Below are positions 60,181 to 64,000 of a DNA stretch of 64,000 nucleotides, piece by piece. Every line of letters begins with the position of its first letter. Within the stretch, counting starts at the first letter, position 1. Source of the DNA: an uncultured Actinomycetota bacterium. Lineage in GTDB: Bacteria; Actinomycetota; Thermoleophilia; RBG-16-64-13. The notes beneath the pieces are model-generated. The model saw only the letters and a program-made list of their open reading frames with translations. It was not told the DNA's origin and did no database searches. Location of the stretch: contig CAWJKH010000007.1 in the NCBI GenBank assembly GCA_963843515.1, positions 196,017 through 260,016 of the forward strand. Direction: 5' to 3'. The position numbers were made by a program, and so were the translations under genes.

Positions 60181-60813
60181 ATGGATGACGGCGTCACCGA
60201 TTTCGGGAAGAACGTCTTTGTCAACTGTCCGTTCGACTCCGAGTACCGCCCTCTGCTCTGGGCCATGCTCTTCACGCTCGAGGCGTGCGGGCTCCAACCG
60301 CGCATCGCGTCCGAACGGGGCGATTCGGGCGAGGTCCGCTTCCACAAGATCGTCCGGCTGATCAAGGCCTCGAAGTACTGCGTCCACGACATCTCTCGCA
60401 TGGAGGCGTCCGCCGCGGGCGATCTCCCCCGCTTCAATATGCCCTTCGAGCTGGGCATCGATCTCGGACTCCGCGAGTCCTCCGTGCATCCTTTCACCGA
60501 TAAACGCTGTGTCATTCTCGACCGCGAACGCTACCGGTTCCAGCGGGTCCTATCCGACTTGGCGGGGAACGATATCAAGGCCCATGGAAACAGTCCGCAG
60601 ACCTTAGTCCAGCAGCTACGCGCGTGGCTGGTCGAGGACGGCATGGTCGACCTGCCCAGCGCCCATACACTCTGGACGGACTACAACGAGTTCGGGACTA
60701 TTCTCAATGAGCGACTGCTGGCCAAGAGATACTCGGCGGAGGAAATCGCGGCGATGAGCGTCGCGGACTTCCTGGCCAACCTGCGGAACTATTTCGCGGC
60801 TTCGTCCGGCTGA
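60181..60813 (+). CDS. hypothetical 210-aa protein; the N-terminal half looks like a nucleoside-2-deoxyribosyltransferase/TIR-like Rossmannoid domain
   Basis: ATG abuts the DUF2188 stop (TAGATG). VFVNCPFD..., ...KYCVHDISR..., PRFNMPFELGI pattern. The fold assignment is from memory and unverified. Confidence 0.55.
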   Translation: MDDGVTDFGKNVFVNCPFDSEYRPLLWAMLFTLEACGLQPRIASERGDSGEVRFHKIVRLIKASKYCVHDISRMEASAAGDLPRFNMPFELGIDLGLRESSVHPFTDKRCVILDRERYRFQRVLSDLAGNDIKAHGNSPQTLVQQLRAWLVEDGMVDLPSAHTLWTDYNEFGTILNERLLAKRYSAEEIAAMSVADFLANLRNYFAASSG

Positions 60814-61913
60814 GACAACCCGTCCAGCCAGGCCAGATTCTCCCGGATCAGTTCCGGGATGGGCAGCTCGTAAGGGCAGCGGGTCATGCAGTCGCCGCAC
60901 TCGGTGCAGTCCCGGCCGCGCTGGACTGCCCCATAGAACGGACCCTGCCGGAAGAGGTCTGTCCCCATGCGCTTGACCATCGAGCGGATGCCCAGCACCG
61001 TCTGGATGGGGATCTCCTCGGAGCAGGGCTGGCAGTAGTCGCAGCGGCGGCAGAAGACCTTGTCGTAGCTCAGCTGGAGCGCCGCGATCTGAGCCTGCTC
61101 CTCCTCGGTGAGGGCCGCGCCCTCCTGGAACACCCGCCAGTTCTCGTCGAACAGGTCCGGATGCTCCACCCCCGCCAGCACCAGCACCCCGGGCTCGGCC
61201 AGGGCGTATTTGAGCGCCAGCCGGGCGTCGTCGATCACCCCGCCGGAGAACGGCTTCATGGCGAGCACGCCCGACGTTCTTCTCGACGCGCTTTAGGAAT
61301 GATCGTTTCCCTGGCCTGCGGCTCGAGGAAGCTGAAGCAGACCATGATCACGTCGAAGAGCCCGTCGTCGAGGGCGCGATCGAGCACGTCCAGACTATGG
61401 CTGGTGATGCCGATGTGGCCGATCAGCCCCTCGTCCCGGGCTGGCCGCAGACGCCTCCAGCGCCCCGCCGGACCCGATCGACCGTGTCGTAGTCGGCCTG
61501 CGTGGCCACGAAGTGGCACTTGTAGATGTCGATGTAGTCCCGCTGGAGTTCGGTGCAGGCTGGTCTCCAGGTCGGCCCGCAGCCCTTCGGCCGTCCTCGC
61601 GTGGGACTTGGAGGCGATGATCACCCGGCGGCCATCGGCGGCGGGTCTGCCGCCAAGCCACCCTCCCCCGTGCCGGCGATCCGGCCGTCGCGCCGATCCC
61701 CACCTCCTTGAGCGCCAGCCCGATGCGCCGCTCGCTGGTGGTGTAGGCGCGGGAGGTGTCGATGAAGTCGACCCCCCGCTCGATGGCGTGGCGGACAGTC
61801 GCCACCGCTTCAGCCTCGCTCACCCGCTGGATGGGGATGCCGCCGAAGCCAAGGCGATAGACCTCGAGGCCGGTTCTGCCTAGGGTTAGGCGTTGGGGAC
61901 TCTCTGGTGGCAT
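60789..61913 (-). pseudogene. aldo/keto reductase with C-terminal 4Fe-4S domain, heavily frameshifted
   Basis: Pieces lie in three frames: LGRTGLEVYRLGFGG...DFIDTSRAY, VIIASKSH...DLETSL, LQRDYIDIYKCH, GGALEA, ARDEGLIGHIGITSH, VLAMKPFSGG...CRRCDYCQPC...CTECGDCMTRCP. At least five frame changes. Confidence 0.75.
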
Positions 61914-61995
61914 GGGGCTATTGTAGCCGGCTGCGGCGCGAGCAGACATGCGGCCTCATGAGTATGCCCCCGCGCCTGATCCTTGAATCCAATAC

Positions 61996-63940
61996 TCAAA
62001 GGATTCTGGCCCCGGCAGCAACCAACGCGTCGTGGTCCGCATCGTAATCCTTTCCCGCCTCTGGAACGAAAATGACGGATCCGTCTCTGCCCCTGGTGAG
62101 CAGCACGCGGTAGCTATTTAGGGTGAGCGCGTAGGGATCTCGAGCATTACCCCGGATCCCCGGCGCGACCTTCCAGGCACCGCCATCCCACCTGAGATCC
62201 CTGCCCCAGCCGACTATCGGAAGGTCAAGCTCCAGGCCCTGACACTGGAACTCGGTCGCGGCGGAATTCAACTGACAACACGACCACGGGGAGTCTGGGG
62301 GATCGTAGTACCATGGGCCAACCTTCATGTCACGGGTGGCCATGTAGTCAGTGGGTACTCCAAATCGATCCAGACCGCTCTTGGACGAGCCCAGAAGGCC
62401 GTAGCGCTTGTCCTCCTCGAGTCGGTACCGCTCGCGGGCGTAGGTAGCGGCCCGCTCCAGTTCTCGAGTCACGTAGACCCTGTATCCCTGAGTTTCCATC
62501 TTCTGAGAATGGGCGGCCGCTAAGCCCAGATCGCCGATGAGAAGTGCGCTCACCCAGTCTTGGACGTCTTCCGCCAAGTGTGTACGGAGGGACACATCGA
62601 GGTTGAGACACTCGCTCGTTTCAACCTGGCTGGCAGCGGTGAACGTGTCGGCTAGCTTCTCCGGACAGTGCACTGTCCACTGACTGCCCGTGCTCCGAAT
62701 GGCGCTGTCCACTGTGCGAGATCCCGGCTTCCTCGCCGACATGTATCTCCTGCCCTTCCCCTATCAGCCCGACCATCAATGCCCAAGACTTACTTCCCGA
62801 TCCAATGAGCAGAAAGTCCTCGGGCTCCGAGAGATTGAGATGGCGTTTCTCGAAGACCTGGTTGGCGTCCCACGCTCGCTGCGCCTCGTCGTACACCCAA
62901 ACATCTTCTTGAGGGATGCGGTTGCTCGCACCCCCGTAGTCCTTGAGAAAGCCGTGTACATCCTGAACAAAGATCCTGTTCCGCAGCGCGTACTGAAGGA
63001 CCTTGACAAGCGGTCCGTTGCCAGACAAGAACACAGCCGAGCGCTCGCTGCCGGTGCCACCGAAGTAGTTGTCGTAGACGAACTGCAGCCCCACCAGGGT
63101 CTTACCCGAGCCTGGGACCCCAGTCACCAGCGCTAGATGGAGTTCTTGCGCCTCGCGAGCCCGCTTTGCGGCAGCGACCAGGCGACTGATGGTGTCGGGG
63201 ATTCCCGCGCTCTGCGCTTTGCGAATCTGAGGGAGAGGTTCATGCTCGAAGATATCGGCGCGCGGCAGTGACCAGCGAAGGCAAGGGCGAGTAGTCCGGC
63301 GTTGATCCACGCTTCGGCGCTCACCGGCTCGGTCGGGAGCCCGCCTCTCCAAATCCGCAATGGCCTTTCGCAGCCCCGCCGGATTTACCACCGTCACCTC
63401 GTCGACCGTGCGCCACTGTTCCTCGCTACGGGAAAGCACCAGCACTGGGTCAATCAGCTTGTTGTGCGAGGCGGCGTGATACTCGCTCAGATCACGAGCG
63501 TAAGCGGCTACCTGATCAACATGAGCGCGCTGGAGTAGGCCTGACTCCTTGAACTCGAGCACCAAGACCTGGGAGCCGGTGAGGATTACCACGTCGGGTC
63601 GGCGACCTCGCTCACGAGGCAACTCGTACTCGAACACGACTGCCCAGCGCGCGGAACGCGGAGTCAAGAGAACAAGTTCGGACAGGACCGGCTGGAGGAT
63701 TCGGTATTCTCCGCGCCACGCATCAACTTGGCCTCGATCAGGTTGCATACCCATGACCTTGAGGTGGCGATCGTGAAGAACATCGAGAAGGCTTGCCTGA
63801 TCGAGTCTGAGAAACTCGGAAACCGTGCCCGACCAGCCACACGGAGCGTCCGCCGGTCCCCTGTAAGCGCGATTCAATTCCGCGGACGTTTGAGGTCTCG
63901 AACTCCCGGCGCTCGACCCAAAACCAACGAGCCGATACAT
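61996..63940 (-). pseudogene. DUF2075-family (Schlafen-like) ATPase/helicase interrupted by one frameshift
   Basis: N-terminal nuclease-like FEYELPRERGRRPDVVIL...VLEFK, Walker A VTGVPGSGKT, DEAQRAW. The C-terminal part continues in ORF 61996-62742 (..LLTRGRDGSVIF). Frame change near 62710-62716. Confidence 0.75.
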
Positions 63941-64000
63941 GGGCCTGCCGTGCACAGTGATAACCGTCCCTGGCGTCGCTGCCAACCCGCCGGCTCTCGC

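Noticed and set aside
1-64000. tRNA, rRNA, tmRNA, RNase P or SRP RNA genes.
   Set aside because: I scanned the intergenic regions by eye for T-loop (GGTTCGAATCC-like) and other hallmark strings and found none. This is not an exhaustive computational search.

Overview
High-GC (about two-thirds G+C by eye) bacterial chromosomal segment with roughly 60 protein-coding genes. I saw no rRNA, tRNA or CRISPR array. Strong GGAGG-type Shine-Dalgarno sites and CGAAC-N4-GTTCG SOS boxes suggest a Gram-positive-type lineage (Actinomycetota- or Chloroflexota-like), but I cannot be more precise. Bases 1-49,000 are mostly intact metabolic and respiratory genes. They include an M19 dipeptidase, a 2-hydroxyacyl-CoA-dehydratase-like pair, a NYN/LOTUS nuclease, and a five-enzyme CoA-thioester cluster (two-subunit CoA-transferase, AMP-forming ligase, ADP-forming acyl-CoA synthetase, CoA-transferase::GNAT fusion). 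They also hold a cbb3-like heme-copper oxidase followed by six small membrane ORFs and CopCD, an arsR/acr3/arsM operon, envelope genes, a PutA-like enzyme, vapBC, an agmatinase and padR. A 1,496-aa DnaE2-like polymerase sits behind two SOS boxes. Bases 49,500-64,000 look accessory and decaying, with truncated restriction/RhuM fragments, a pRiA4b-ORF3-like gene and at least six frameshifted or internally deleted genes. An intact two-gene DUF2188 / Rossmannoid cassette lies inside this zone. The most interesting signals are non-genic repeats. One is a 157-bp imperfect-palindromic element (two inverted copies plus a solo end) that alters two ORF termini. The other is a 34-bp TTGCARTGCAAC hairpin repeat found twice in frame inside dnaE2 and once in an intergenic gap. 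Family assignments come from motif recognition by eye. No searches were run.
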